Below, piece after piece: positions 54,431 to 64,000 of a DNA stretch of 64,000 nt (the stretch's first letter is position 1; each line of letters begins with the position of its first letter). The stretch is taken from the IMG/VR virus record IMGVR_UViG_3300032295_002421, positions 1 through 64,000 of that record; one strand, written 5' to 3'. The notes beneath the pieces are model-generated. The model was not told the DNA's origin. It ran no database searches and saw nothing but the letters and a program-made list of their open reading frames with translations. Source of the DNA: a virus (taxonomy: Duplodnaviria > Caudoviricetes). A program made the translations under genes and the position numbers.

Positions 54431-55087
54431 TTATGAGTTTTTTGTAATTGTTACAGGTATACTAATTCTTGCTCCAGAATCACGACCAACTACAACTAAA
54501 GTAGTAAATAATGAAGTATTTGATCCAAATAAAGTATTAACTGTAGTTGCAGTTAAGTTAATTGTAGTTCCTATAACAGTTTTACTTACATTAGTACCTA
54601 TAGTAGTTGTAGAATTAAGAGATACTGCTTCTGGTGTATTTATACCTACTCCATTAAATGAACTCATTACTCTAACATCTCCAATTGTGGCTACATATCC
54701 TGATTGTTCAAAAGTTGAAGTAGCGCCGAGGTAGTTTAGAGTTTGAGGAGTAATTGCAAGAGATGCTCCTTGTTTTAATTTAATTGCATCATATCCTAAA
54801 TCAAGTACAGGTACTTTAGCTGTTCCTCTAGGAAGAGTAATAAGTTTATACTTCATAATCTCAGTATCATTAGGATATGCTTGAATTATAGGCATAGCCT
54901 CAATAGCCTCACCATAGAATGCGGATCCTGATGGGTGGTTTGGATTATAAAGACTGTAATCTATTTCATCATCACCTAAAGAAAATTGGGTAATTAGAAA
55001 AGATCCATTATTTCTAGAAAGAAGTTCTCTTCCTTTTTTAGTAAGGATAGCATCTACTACCACCGATGTACTACTTAAATATGACAT
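54431..55087 (-). CDS. Virion structural protein (tail-collar fibre N-terminal-like motif)
   Basis: AILTKKGRELL...ITQFSLGDDE resembles the LT-G-LA...IT-A-GD motif of tail-collar fibre N-domains. Confidence 0.6.
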   Translation of the reverse strand: MSYLSSTSVVVDAILTKKGRELLSRNNGSFLITQFSLGDDEIDYSLYNPNHPSGSAFYGEAIEAMPIIQAYPNDTEIMKYKLITLPRGTAKVPVLDLGYDAIKLKQGASLAITPQTLNYLGATSTFEQSGYVATIGDVRVMSSFNGVGINTPEAVSLNSTTTIGTNVSKTVIGTTINLTATTVNTLFGSNTSLFTTLVVVGRDSGARISIPVTITKNS

Positions 55088-55114
55088 ATAAATGGGCTTT
55101 TAAATAAATATGTG

Positions 55115-58100
55115 TTATTGGAAAATTATTGTGTTTGTATCTGGGTCTATTAAATTCTGTTGTCTTAGAGATTTTATAACATTTCCAGAATTATCTCTTA
55201 CATCTGGATCTATATATTGTGGGAAAAGTATTCCGTCTTGAGTAATCGGTGTTTTTAAATTATAGTTTAAAATAACATTTGTTTCATCAGGAATTCTTTT
55301 TAGTACTATATATCTACAAATTTGACTAGGAAATTGTCCAAGTTTAGTATCAAGAGGATTAATATCTTTATCTACAGTAAAAGTCCAAAATGATCCTGTT
55401 GAATCTTCTAAAGGAGAAGCACTTAAAACTCTATATTCTGATTTTGGAGTAAATCCACTTGATGTATTATATAATCTAATCAAATCCATGTTTTCCAAGA
55501 AAAATGTAAATACAGGAGTATCTATTCCTGGATAGCTACCACTAAAAATAAAGTTATCATAATATGCAGATTGAGTTAATGATAATTTTATAGTTCTATT
55601 ATCAATTGCATACCAACAAGGATCTTGATCTACAATTTCATCTATAAATTGTGTAGTTGTAATAGTACTTGGAGTTCCTGCAACCCATTTTTGCACATTT
55701 GTTATTTGTGGAGGATTATAATAACTAGCACCACCAACTGTGATATAAAAAGGTAAAGTTTGCCCAATAGCTCTTTCTATTTGTCCATTTATAGTTGTAT
55801 ATCCAGATCCAGGATTAGTTGGAGTCATTTGCCAATATACAGTTAAATTTTCTGTAATAGGACTAGTTCCTCCTGCGCAAGAAGCGGTATATCCATATAT
55901 GTTTTGACCAAACTGATTATTTATATTATATAGAGAAGACCAATTAGCTAGAGTGTATTCAGCAGATGGAGCAGAATAAACTCTACCACCAGGATTAGAA
56001 ACAGTAGATGTAATTTCTATAGGATTATCTAAATAAAATCCGACATTGTTACTTTCAGAAACTCTAAATAAAATAGGACTATATCTATAACCTCCTTCAT
56101 ATATAGTAAAATTACTATTATTAGCTAATCTTTGTATATAAGGATTAGTATTATCATAATTAAATAATGATACATCTAAAGTCTCTCCTGATTTAAATAC
56201 ATTTTGAGTAGTAAAAATATTTTTATTTAATTTAGTTAAATCTAATACGTTTTCACTATTATCTATAAAGTATTTAATTTGTGCATTAGCTCTTTGAGGT
56301 AATTGAAAAGATGCAGAGTATATATCTATTAAATAAGCATATTGATATTTTATTTTATCAATTGCTGCTGTTTTACCAAACGAAATATCTCCATCAGTGT
56401 ACACATTATATTGTGAACTTTGTACATATGATCCACTATATCTAGGAATGATAGATCTTTTTAAATTATAATTATAATCTTGAACATATGCATATGGGTT
56501 ATTAAAATTAGTGTACGTTGCATAATTATCAATTCTAGAATTATTCATAGATTGAGTAACTATTCCATAATTTACAGGGATTGATTGATCTGAGGTATAA
56601 TCAAGATCAAATAAAACTGTAGATCTTACTGATTGAGTAACATTTTGGTATAAAGCCCCTAATGAATATGTAGCAAAATAAGAAGCAGAAGATGCTAAAC
56701 TAGATATTTCTACTTGTGGAAAAGCCTCTCCATTTGTAACAATAATATTAGATCCGCTAAATTCTCCTGTATATTTTTCTATTCCATTAGAACTAGAAAT
56801 AAACACAGATCCAGATGAACATATTGTATAGCCTGTCCAACCAGAATATCCTTCAATAGCGCCACCAGAAGATCCAGATATTTCTATCATATCAATAGAC
56901 TGGGAATAGTCATTAAAACTAACACTTGGCTCGTGCCTAGCGTATTTATTTCTCTCTAGCATGTGTGATTTAACTATGATACCAGTAGAGAGATTTGCTC
57001 TAGCAGGAACATAATCTTTAATCATTTTAAATAAAGAGTTATTATAAAACTTAATAAGTCTTATATATTCCCAAATACTATTAGGTTGAGTATATGTTGA
57101 AAAATAAGCATTTTTAAAACTATCCAAAGGAAAGTATGAAGAAGAATATTGATATCCTGGCGAACCAATTAATTGATCTATATCAAAATATCCTTGCGAT
57201 GATACAATATTATTATTAATAGTATCTGCTGGAGAAAATCCAACTTCAATATTAGTTGTATTTAATCTATTAGTATTTTTATAATATTGTAAACTTGCTT
57301 CAGGATGTAATAAAGAAGAAGACAAAGTTAAACTACTTGTTATTGTAGATATTTTATATGTAGATGAATCTAAATCATAAATTCCATTTACAAAATCTAT
57401 AGGAGTTCCTCCAAATTCTCTAACTGTTAAAATATTATCTGGTATTCCAAATGTGCTAATTAATGCTTTAACTCCTCTTTCTGTTCCTTTACTTTTTAAT
57501 AAATAAGGTAAATTGTGATATAATCTTTTATAAAATTCTTGTTGAATTTCTTTTGCTGATAGTGTCGTCAAACTTGAAGTTACATAATTTGTTATGTACT
57601 CAGATCCAGTTGGAGGTAATAAAGATCCATCTGCATTTATTCCGAAAAGAGTATAATAAAGATTATTAGATATATTTGAGTTAGTATATAATTGAATTCC
57701 AAAACCCCTTAACGCGTCTCCTACAAGATCTAAAGATATTCCAGTATCAGGATTGTTTGTTGCATTATATCTATTAGATAAATCTTTATAATATATCCAA
57801 ATATTATCAAAATGCTGGCCAATCATATCTAAAAAAGTTATGAATGGTTCATTATTTGAATCGTCTAATAAATACTGAGGTATTGAATTATGTAGTAAAT
57901 CTTTATTAGTAGAATCATAATATGATGCTGAAAATAATAAAGATTGAGTGGTAGGTGTCGGTATAGTATTACTAGATCCTAAAAAATTAGATACTTGAGA
58001 AGAAGTTACTGAATATAATTGATACGGTTGGGTTGATGTTGATTTAGGCCAAGCCCAACTTGATGAATTAAAATATAAAAAATATTCATATGTATCAAAA

Positions 58101-59152
58101 TTAGTTATTATATTATCTATAGCTTGTTGAGCTGAATCTTTAGTAGCATTGGCATATGTGGAATTTGTTGCTCCTCCTGCAATTAATGACTGACTATATT
58201 GTTGCTGCTTATAATTTTCTATTAATTGAATTTTATAAATAAAATTACTTACTCTTTCATAAGCACTGGAAAAATGTACAAAGTTTTTAAAATTACTATA
58301 ATCTATATTAATTGCTATAGATTTATCTTGATAATAACTTAGTAATTTTTGAAATGAAGAAGTAACCGGACTAGCTATTAAATTATCGTAGTTATAATAA
58401 GGAGTAGTTTGTCCGTTTTTATTATTTATTTCTACGTTAAAATTAGGCCCTCTTAAATAATTTAATTCTGTAACTTGAGCAACTTGAGATTGTATAGAAA
58501 CTTCAAAAGTTGCTGGTTCAGATATTTTATCTACTATCCATAAATTATCTTTTAATGAATATTTACTATCTAAAGGCTCATATAATTTTATAAGTAAATA
58601 CCCTCCTAAATCATCCTCTGTATAAGCTACATTATTTGCAGCTACTAATTCATTATTTCCAAAATTTAAATAAAATACCGGATAATAATTTCTAGTGGCT
58701 ATTATTGCTTGGTATGCATTAAATCCAGATCTTATAATATCTGAACTTATTGTTTGTGAAGCTAATCTTAATTCAGTTCTATCTGACGAAATCTCCTTAA
58801 TCCAATAAAAACTTCCTACTGATGAATTAAATAGCCTATTATAAAAACAATACTGTAAATTAAAAATACCTCTCTTAAAACCCCTTTCTTTAAGATCTAA
58901 TTCAGGATTTAAAGTTAATGCAGAATATGTATTATTTTTTGGATTATTTAATATATATGGATAATAATCTGATGCATCATAGTCAATAAAAATGCTACTT
59001 CCATTTTCATCATATATAAACAATTCAATATAGTCTCCCTCATTTCCAAAAGAAGAATTTATATAATTAACATTAATTAATGGTCTATCTTTTGCTGAAA
59101 GATCTCCAGATGGATTACCAGTTCCGGTATATGTAATATTAACTAATTCCAT
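55115..59152 (-). CDS. Large baseplate wedge/tail protein (T4 gp7 / P2 gpI-like core)
   Basis: DMIGQHFD, YLLKSKGTERGVKALISTFGIP...VREFGG; 1345 aa, Ser/Thr/Asn-rich. Confidence 0.65.
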   Translation of the reverse strand: MELVNITYTGTGNPSGDLSAKDRPLINVNYINSSFGNEGDYIELFIYDENGSSIFIDYDASDYYPYILNNPKNNTYSALTLNPELDLKERGFKRGIFNLQYCFYNRLFNSSVGSFYWIKEISSDRTELRLASQTISSDIIRSGFNAYQAIIATRNYYPVFYLNFGNNELVAANNVAYTEDDLGGYLLIKLYEPLDSKYSLKDNLWIVDKISEPATFEVSIQSQVAQVTELNYLRGPNFNVEINNKNGQTTPYYNYDNLIASPVTSSFQKLLSYYQDKSIAINIDYSNFKNFVHFSSAYERVSNFIYKIQLIENYKQQQYSQSLIAGGATNSTYANATKDSAQQAIDNIITNFDTYEYFLYFNSSSWAWPKSTSTQPYQLYSVTSSQVSNFLGSSNTIPTPTTQSLLFSASYYDSTNKDLLHNSIPQYLLDDSNNEPFITFLDMIGQHFDNIWIYYKDLSNRYNATNNPDTGISLDLVGDALRGFGIQLYTNSNISNNLYYTLFGINADGSLLPPTGSEYITNYVTSSLTTLSAKEIQQEFYKRLYHNLPYLLKSKGTERGVKALISTFGIPDNILTVREFGGTPIDFVNGIYDLDSSTYKISTITSSLTLSSSLLHPEASLQYYKNTNRLNTTNIEVGFSPADTINNNIVSSQGYFDIDQLIGSPGYQYSSSYFPLDSFKNAYFSTYTQPNSIWEYIRLIKFYNNSLFKMIKDYVPARANLSTGIIVKSHMLERNKYARHEPSVSFNDYSQSIDMIEISGSSGGAIEGYSGWTGYTICSSGSVFISSSNGIEKYTGEFSGSNIIVTNGEAFPQVEISSLASSASYFATYSLGALYQNVTQSVRSTVLFDLDYTSDQSIPVNYGIVTQSMNNSRIDNYATYTNFNNPYAYVQDYNYNLKRSIIPRYSGSYVQSSQYNVYTDGDISFGKTAAIDKIKYQYAYLIDIYSASFQLPQRANAQIKYFIDNSENVLDLTKLNKNIFTTQNVFKSGETLDVSLFNYDNTNPYIQRLANNSNFTIYEGGYRYSPILFRVSESNNVGFYLDNPIEITSTVSNPGGRVYSAPSAEYTLANWSSLYNINNQFGQNIYGYTASCAGGTSPITENLTVYWQMTPTNPGSGYTTINGQIERAIGQTLPFYITVGGASYYNPPQITNVQKWVAGTPSTITTTQFIDEIVDQDPCWYAIDNRTIKLSLTQSAYYDNFIFSGSYPGIDTPVFTFFLENMDLIRLYNTSSGFTPKSEYRVLSASPLEDSTGSFWTFTVDKDINPLDTKLGQFPSQICRYIVLKRIPDETNVILNYNLKTPITQDGILFPQYIDPDVRDNSGNVIKSLRQQNLIDPDTNTIIFQ

Positions 59153-59490
59153 TATAATAAATTATTGATATTATTCATAGATTGATTTATATCTAATATC
59201 TGTTGACGTAAAGAATTTATTTCTTCTATTAAAGCTTGTTTTTCCGCATCTAAAACAGACCCACCTAAATACTCTTGACTTCTTTCAACTAAATAAGAAT
59301 GAGAATTTATAGATCCAGAAACAGGTATTTCAAAAAATAATAAATCATAATATTCAAAAAATTCATCTACAGTTATTAAACTAGAAGTTACAATTGTTTC
59401 TTCTGTAATAAATTCTTCAAAATTTGTATTTATAGCTTTTGTGTATGTAGCTAATCCATATATTTTTTTTGATAATTCTATATTTGCCAT
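59152..59490 (-). CDS. Hypothetical protein in baseplate module
   Basis: Coupled ORF with C-terminal coiled coil. Confidence 0.7.
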   Translation of the reverse strand: MANIELSKKIYGLATYTKAINTNFEEFITEETIVTSSLITVDEFFEYYDLLFFEIPVSGSINSHSYLVERSQEYLGGSVLDAEKQALIEEINSLRQQILDINQSMNNINNLL

Positions 59491-60596
59491 TATCTAGTAA
59501 CTTTAAATATTAAATCATTATCTATTTCATAAGATGTACCATCTGATAATACCGTTTTAATTAGTATTTTATAATATCTTTCTGGTTCAAGTCCATTCAT
59601 ATATAGGTTAAAATAACTATTTATTCCATCACAACTAACTTTTGTGTACGTAGTGTCATAATCTATTAGTATATCATTTGTCTTTACATCTTGTAAAGCC
59701 CAATAAGATGTTTGAGGAAGCACTTTATTTGTTAAATATAAAGAAGATGTTGTAAATGTTCTTATTGGGTATTTATCTCTTGCATTTATATTGAACCTAT
59801 ATTTTCCTGTTCCGTATTTGTAAGTATCTAAATTATTAGATAAAGTAATTACACTATCTGTACTATTAATTACCGAAAGACTTCCTGTAGAATATGAACT
59901 ATCATCCCACTTTATTTCTAATGTTGGAGGATAAATAGTATGCGTATCTACTGAAAAAAAACTTAGTCCTATATAACTACCTGAGTTTTGTTCTATAACA
60001 TTTGGATGTTTTATTAAAAATCCATAATTAGGATATGAACCACTAAACCAAGTGTTAACTATAGAACTTACATCAACGTTTATATCTTTATTATCAGAAT
60101 AGCCAAATGATTGAGTAGTTGATCCATTTGTCCACGAACCACCTCCAGGAGTTAAATAATATGATCCATTTCCCCATTGATTTGATGCAGTTGAAAATTG
60201 ATTAGGATTATACCAACATGCTCCATTTCTAGTTTCTGGAATATCTCCAAATTTACCTGTTCCCATTTGCCACGACTGAGAAACTTGTCTTACTTCTAAA
60301 CTATAAGTAGTATTTAAATTTTCAGCAGTTGCTAAATATAGTCTTAAATTAGTTTTCCAAGATCCTGTAGTAAAAGATTTTAAAACAGCAATATCTGAAT
60401 CTGAAAAAGATATAATTGATCTTCTTAAATTATCTTGAAGAAGAGGTTCTGATGGTACAGGATCAACAAAATAATTAGATGGATTATTAGAGTTTTTTAC
60501 AGATACTTCTAAAATAGAATCTAATCCAGTATTGGCAGCAGGACTACTAGAATATAATGTAGTATCAGCAGTAGCAAATATTTTATATACAGCCAT
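59490..60596 (-). CDS. Virion protein with DNRLRE/CBM-like beta domain
   Basis: ADTTLY...NTG, RSII-F, W-GTG, GGGSW, D-DVS-IV-W...NYGF-IK, F-S-D...P-LEI-W. Confidence 0.6.
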   Translation of the reverse strand: MAVYKIFATADTTLYSSSPAANTGLDSILEVSVKNSNNPSNYFVDPVPSEPLLQDNLRRSIISFSDSDIAVLKSFTTGSWKTNLRLYLATAENLNTTYSLEVRQVSQSWQMGTGKFGDIPETRNGACWYNPNQFSTASNQWGNGSYYLTPGGGSWTNGSTTQSFGYSDNKDINVDVSSIVNTWFSGSYPNYGFLIKHPNVIEQNSGSYIGLSFFSVDTHTIYPPTLEIKWDDSSYSTGSLSVINSTDSVITLSNNLDTYKYGTGKYRFNINARDKYPIRTFTTSSLYLTNKVLPQTSYWALQDVKTNDILIDYDTTYTKVSCDGINSYFNLYMNGLEPERYYKILIKTVLSDGTSYEIDNDLIFKVTR

Positions 60597-60609
60597 TTTT
60601 TATTTTTTT

Positions 60610-62466
60610 TTACATTGTTACTACACGACCTTGAATATCTGTATTAGGATATTTTACTTCAAATATAGAAGGATCTAAAGACGGATAAAGAACTCCGTTT
60701 AAAGTTCCTGCAGATATATCATATGAGTATCTGGAATATCCGCTAGTTAAACCAGATTTATTAACTATATTAACTTTTTTAACTGTTTGAACTCCTTCAA
60801 CAATTTCTAATATAGAATAAATGTCTCCTAATATTATAGGTTGATTTATTTGCCAATTGTTAATATTAAAAAAGTCTTGTAATACTGTTATACATCTAGC
60901 TAATACATCTTGACTAGTATAATTAGGTCTAATTATAATATCAAAATCACAACCAATATTAATTATATATGCAGGTTTTATATTAACTGCATCTGTCATC
61001 ATTCTATAATCTGATAAATATGTTTGTAAATTTTCAAGCATAGCAGGAGAAGGGTTTTCTAAGTTGTTATTAGAATTTAATCCTAAAACATAAAGACTAA
61101 CTAAAACTTGATCTTTTTGACCTATATCTCCTCTCATGTAATTATTAAAAGTAGCATCGTCTTTAGTTACATATGCCTTAGAAATTTTACCATATCTAGG
61201 ATCCATACTAAGAGTTCTTGCTAAATAATCTTCTTGAGTTACAGCTCTATATTGTGTTGGAAATTCTGCTAATATATTTAATTTTAATTCATTAACAGTA
61301 TCTCCATCGCCACCACCAGAAGCAGGATCTATATTATTAACTGCTAAGGTATTTTGATATGTAGTATTACCAGCGGAAGAAAAAGATGATATTTCAGTTA
61401 ACTGATTAGATAGTACATTTGATCTTGCGCCTCCTCCAACTAAATATTGAAATGTTATAGTAGTATTTTTAGGAGCCAATCCATAAGTTTGTGTTGTAAC
61501 AAAATTAGTAGGATCAAATGAGCTAGATAAAGTACTAAGTCCACCACCAGATAAACCAACACTTACATTATTAGGATTAGGTAAAACAGCAGTATCTGCT
61601 ACTGAATTTATTCCTGGTCCAAATTCTATTTCTAAAGTTCCTTCTGATGTAAATCTAGAAACAAATCTTCTAGAAACATACATTTTTTGAAGCATATAAG
61701 GAACTTGATTCTGGTATTGATATAATGATGGATAATTTGCCGCTGTATTTTCTACTGGTTTTAATATATAATCTTGGGCTAAATAAGGTACTTCATACCA
61801 TGTGTTTCCATCGCTATCTTTGGCATCTAAAATAGTTATTATTGAACTATCAGAAATTGATACAGTAGAAAATCTTTGAGGTGCTCCAAAAGCAAAATTT
61901 GCTGTTTTTAATTGGCCAGATAATGCTTGTCTAGTTTTTTTAAGAATATAAGAAGTAGGAATATTAGAACTATCTATTGTATATACATCTATAGTAGTTG
62001 GATCCATAGAAGATGACATAGAAAAATCTATTTTATCAGGGATATAAAAAGAAACACTAGAATCTACATTAGATCTAATTTGCATTCCTTGTCTTACTGT
62101 AAATGCATAAGAAAAATCTGGAATGGTTTCTGTTCCTATATTAATTGATGGTATTTGTTGATATATTTCTACATTTGCTATTGCCGCAGAGCTTATTTTA
62201 GGTCTATACCCTAACATATAAGCTAAAGTATATAAATTATTTTTTTGTTTTGCATATTGTAAAAAGCTCTCTTGTATTTGATTATCTAAATAAAAAGATA
62301 ATACGTCTCCAACATAAGCCGCCATATCAATAAACATAGATCCTGGACTGGCTTGTGTAAAATCGTTATATACTGTAGGGTAATACGCCCTAGCATACTC
62401 TATAAGATCTGTTTTAAATGTATTAAAATCTTTATTTATATATGATATATCAGTTTGAGTAGCCAT
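60610..62466 (-). CDS. Baseplate wedge subunit, T4 gp6 / baseplate J-like
   Basis: Y-NKDF-K-LI, DF-ASPG-MF-DM-AYVGDVLSFYLD, LGY-P, GGGD...RAVT-EDY. Confidence 0.85.
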   Translation of the reverse strand: MATQTDISYINKDFNTFKTDLIEYARAYYPTVYNDFTQASPGSMFIDMAAYVGDVLSFYLDNQIQESFLQYAKQKNNLYTLAYMLGYRPKISSAAIANVEIYQQIPSINIGTETIPDFSYAFTVRQGMQIRSNVDSSVSFYIPDKIDFSMSSSMDPTTIDVYTIDSSNIPTSYILKKTRQALSGQLKTANFAFGAPQRFSTVSISDSSIITILDAKDSDGNTWYEVPYLAQDYILKPVENTAANYPSLYQYQNQVPYMLQKMYVSRRFVSRFTSEGTLEIEFGPGINSVADTAVLPNPNNVSVGLSGGGLSTLSSSFDPTNFVTTQTYGLAPKNTTITFQYLVGGGARSNVLSNQLTEISSFSSAGNTTYQNTLAVNNIDPASGGGDGDTVNELKLNILAEFPTQYRAVTQEDYLARTLSMDPRYGKISKAYVTKDDATFNNYMRGDIGQKDQVLVSLYVLGLNSNNNLENPSPAMLENLQTYLSDYRMMTDAVNIKPAYIINIGCDFDIIIRPNYTSQDVLARCITVLQDFFNINNWQINQPIILGDIYSILEIVEGVQTVKKVNIVNKSGLTSGYSRYSYDISAGTLNGVLYPSLDPSIFEVKYPNTDIQGRVVTM

Positions 62467-62468
62467 TT

Positions 62469-62882
62469 TTACATATTTTCAATAGTTAGAATAACAGAAT
62501 CATTTTCATTTGATGTAAGCAGTCTATAACTAAATTTTATATTTATAGTACTATAATTTGGATTAGGTATTATACTTAATTGAGTTATTTCAATTTGGGG
62601 AAACTTTAATTCCATTTGAGTTCTTATAGACTGTTCAATCTCTTCAAGAGTAATTTGATCTATTTGTTCAAATAATCTAGCCCTAAGACCAGCACCAAAA
62701 GTAGGATTAAAAACCCTTTCCCCAGGATCTGTTAAAAGATAATTTATAATATTATATTTTAATTGATCTTTTGTGGTATATACAGATGAAAATACATTAT
62801 CAGCAGCAAAAGGTATTTTTACACCAATTGCTGTTGATGGTTTTAAATCTAGTGGTGATATTTGTTTTACTCCGTAGGCCAT
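62469..62882 (-). CDS. Baseplate wedge subunit, T4 gp25 / GPW-like
   Basis: N-LLT-PGERVFNP-FG-GL-LFEQ. Confidence 0.88.
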   Translation of the reverse strand: MAYGVKQISPLDLKPSTAIGVKIPFAADNVFSSVYTTKDQLKYNIINYLLTDPGERVFNPTFGAGLRARLFEQIDQITLEEIEQSIRTQMELKFPQIEITQLSIIPNPNYSTINIKFSYRLLTSNENDSVILTIENM

Positions 62883-63322
62883 TATATTTGTCCTTGTTCT
62901 TTAAGTTTTGCCATAAGTCCAGTAAAATCAGGAACCTCATTTATTTGAACTGCATCTATATTTGAACTGGGTCTAGCCGTTCCTAACATTCCTTCTACAC
63001 TACCTACCTTAACCTCTCTAGGTTGAAATGCCAATCCAGGATGAACATTATCTGAGGTCATATTAAAATCTTCATTTAACATATTTTGTGCAGTATCATT
63101 TAAGAATGCTGCCATAGGATTATTTCCTGTAAATTTAACAGGTTTAGGAATAGCCGTGTTTAAAGTTCCTGGTATTTTAGATTTTACCTGTTCCTGTAAA
63201 CTCTTTTTAGGGTCTGCCATAGGGGTTTTTTTAACCTCACTTAATAGTTTAGGAAGTTCCTCTTTAAGAACTGTTCTGAGTTCTTCCCTTATTAGTTTTC
63301 TTAATTGGTCTATTTGTCCCAT
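62882..63322 (-). CDS. Hypothetical protein (LIREE-VLKEE leader)
   Basis: 146 aa; ATATTTAT upstream on the minus strand (63328-63335). Confidence 0.7.
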   Translation of the reverse strand: MGQIDQLRKLIREELRTVLKEELPKLLSEVKKTPMADPKKSLQEQVKSKIPGTLNTAIPKPVKFTGNNPMAAFLNDTAQNMLNEDFNMTSDNVHPGLAFQPREVKVGSVEGMLGTARPSSNIDAVQINEVPDFTGLMAKLKEQGQI

Positions 63323-63369
63323 ATATTATAAATATTATTTTTAATAATTTACTATTAATATTATTTTTT

Positions 63370-64000
63370 TTATCCTGAGGTACTAGTTTTTCCGTTATTT
63401 GGATTTATATTTCCTAATTCTGTTTTCATATTATTATTCTGGGCAGATAGAGCAGATCTCATTTTTTTTCTTAGTGATTTACCTCCTGGTAAATTATCTA
63501 TAAATTGAGAAAGTCCTAATTCTTTATTTTGATTTAATACAAAATTTGCATCTGTTAAAGTTGATGTAAGATCTTGTAAATCTAAATCATCATCTCCTAA
63601 AAACTTATTAGATTCTAAAACAGTCAGTAAATCATCAGGAGATAAGGCAGGGATAGAAACATCTATTAATCCTTTTGAATATAATATAAATTTTACTTCG
63701 TTTATTATAATTAAATCTAAAGAAGCAAATGTTGGAGTAGATTGGGCTACAATAAATCCATTTTGATCTCTAGCTATTCCAAATCTTCTTCTTATAGAAA
63801 TTCCCTCATCCGTTAGTTCTTCAGGAATAATTTCTATAGCATAAGGACCTATATTTCTTTGTAATCTATTAGTATTACTATTATATGAATTTATAAAATT
63901 TCTTAGAGGAACTGCTGAATTTTCTAAAGAATCTATAGTATCTTGTATTTCTTTTTTAAGAGGTTCTTCTACATTAGTGCAATTTTGTAAACTACTAACT
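63370..64000 (-). CDS. 3' part of a hypothetical protein (start outside window)
   Basis: Open frame from 63999 (VSSLQNCTNVEEP...) to TAA at 63370-63372; not in the ORF track. Confidence 0.75.
   Translation of the reverse strand, partial: VSSLQNCTNVEEPLKKEIQDTIDSLENSAVPLRNFINSYNSNTNRLQRNIGPYAIEIIPEELTDEGISIRRRFGIARDQNGFIVAQSTPTFASLDLIIINEVKFILYSKGLIDVSIPALSPDDLLTVLESNKFLGDDDLDLQDLTSTLTDANFVLNQNKELGLSQFIDNLPGGKSLRKKMRSALSAQNNNMKTELGNINPNNGKTSTSG

Noticed and set aside
47860-63344. ORFs 47860..48135 (-), 49205..49414 (+), 62771..62965 (+), 63156..63344 (+)
   Set aside because: Shadows of genes on the opposite strand.
1-64000. Stop-codon reassignment (seen in some large Bacteroidota phages)
   Set aside because: Recognisable enzymes are full length in code 11, and TAG/TGA end genes exactly where the next gene starts (for example 7499/7502 and many ATGA overlaps).

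Overview
A 64-kb piece of a large, AT-rich tailed-phage genome in standard genetic code, with a T4-like/myovirus baseplate module. The host is probably Bacteroidota, because most genes lack Shine-Dalgarno sites and promoters resemble TAnnTTTG. Layout: (1) 1-1.4 kb, a tRNA/ncRNA island with tRNA-CAT, tRNA-Leu(TAA), an aberrant 157-nt tRNA-like RNA and a small holin-like gene. (2) 1.4-3.5 kb, small core genes including an NTP-pyrophosphatase-like gene and a Cas4-like nuclease. (3) 3.5-25.6 kb, a translationally coupled glycan cluster with about 9 glycosyltransferase genes, rfbH, gmd, fcl, rmlB, 3 methyltransferases and an aldolase/SDR/DHQS-like/ThDP-enzyme/epimerase block; no flippase, polymerase or lipid-priming enzyme is recognisable. 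(4) 27.5-47.3 kb, an early/accessory region of many small ORFs punctuated by five related ~150-bp promoter cassettes, each carrying 25-bp direct repeats; it also holds GC-rich hairpins and putative internal head proteins. (5) 48.9-64 kb, minus-strand baseplate/tail genes. The strongest candidate for a new system lies in block 5. A conserved virion gene appears split in two. Its N-half carries mucin-like poly-Thr tracts (67 Thr in two tracts) and is followed directly by a plant SERGT/HPAT-like peptidyl O-glycosyltransferase, a GT6 and a GT25-like enzyme, and then by the orphaned C-half. This looks like a self-contained virion protein O-glycosylation cassette. All family assignments come from motif recognition by eye; no database searches were run.
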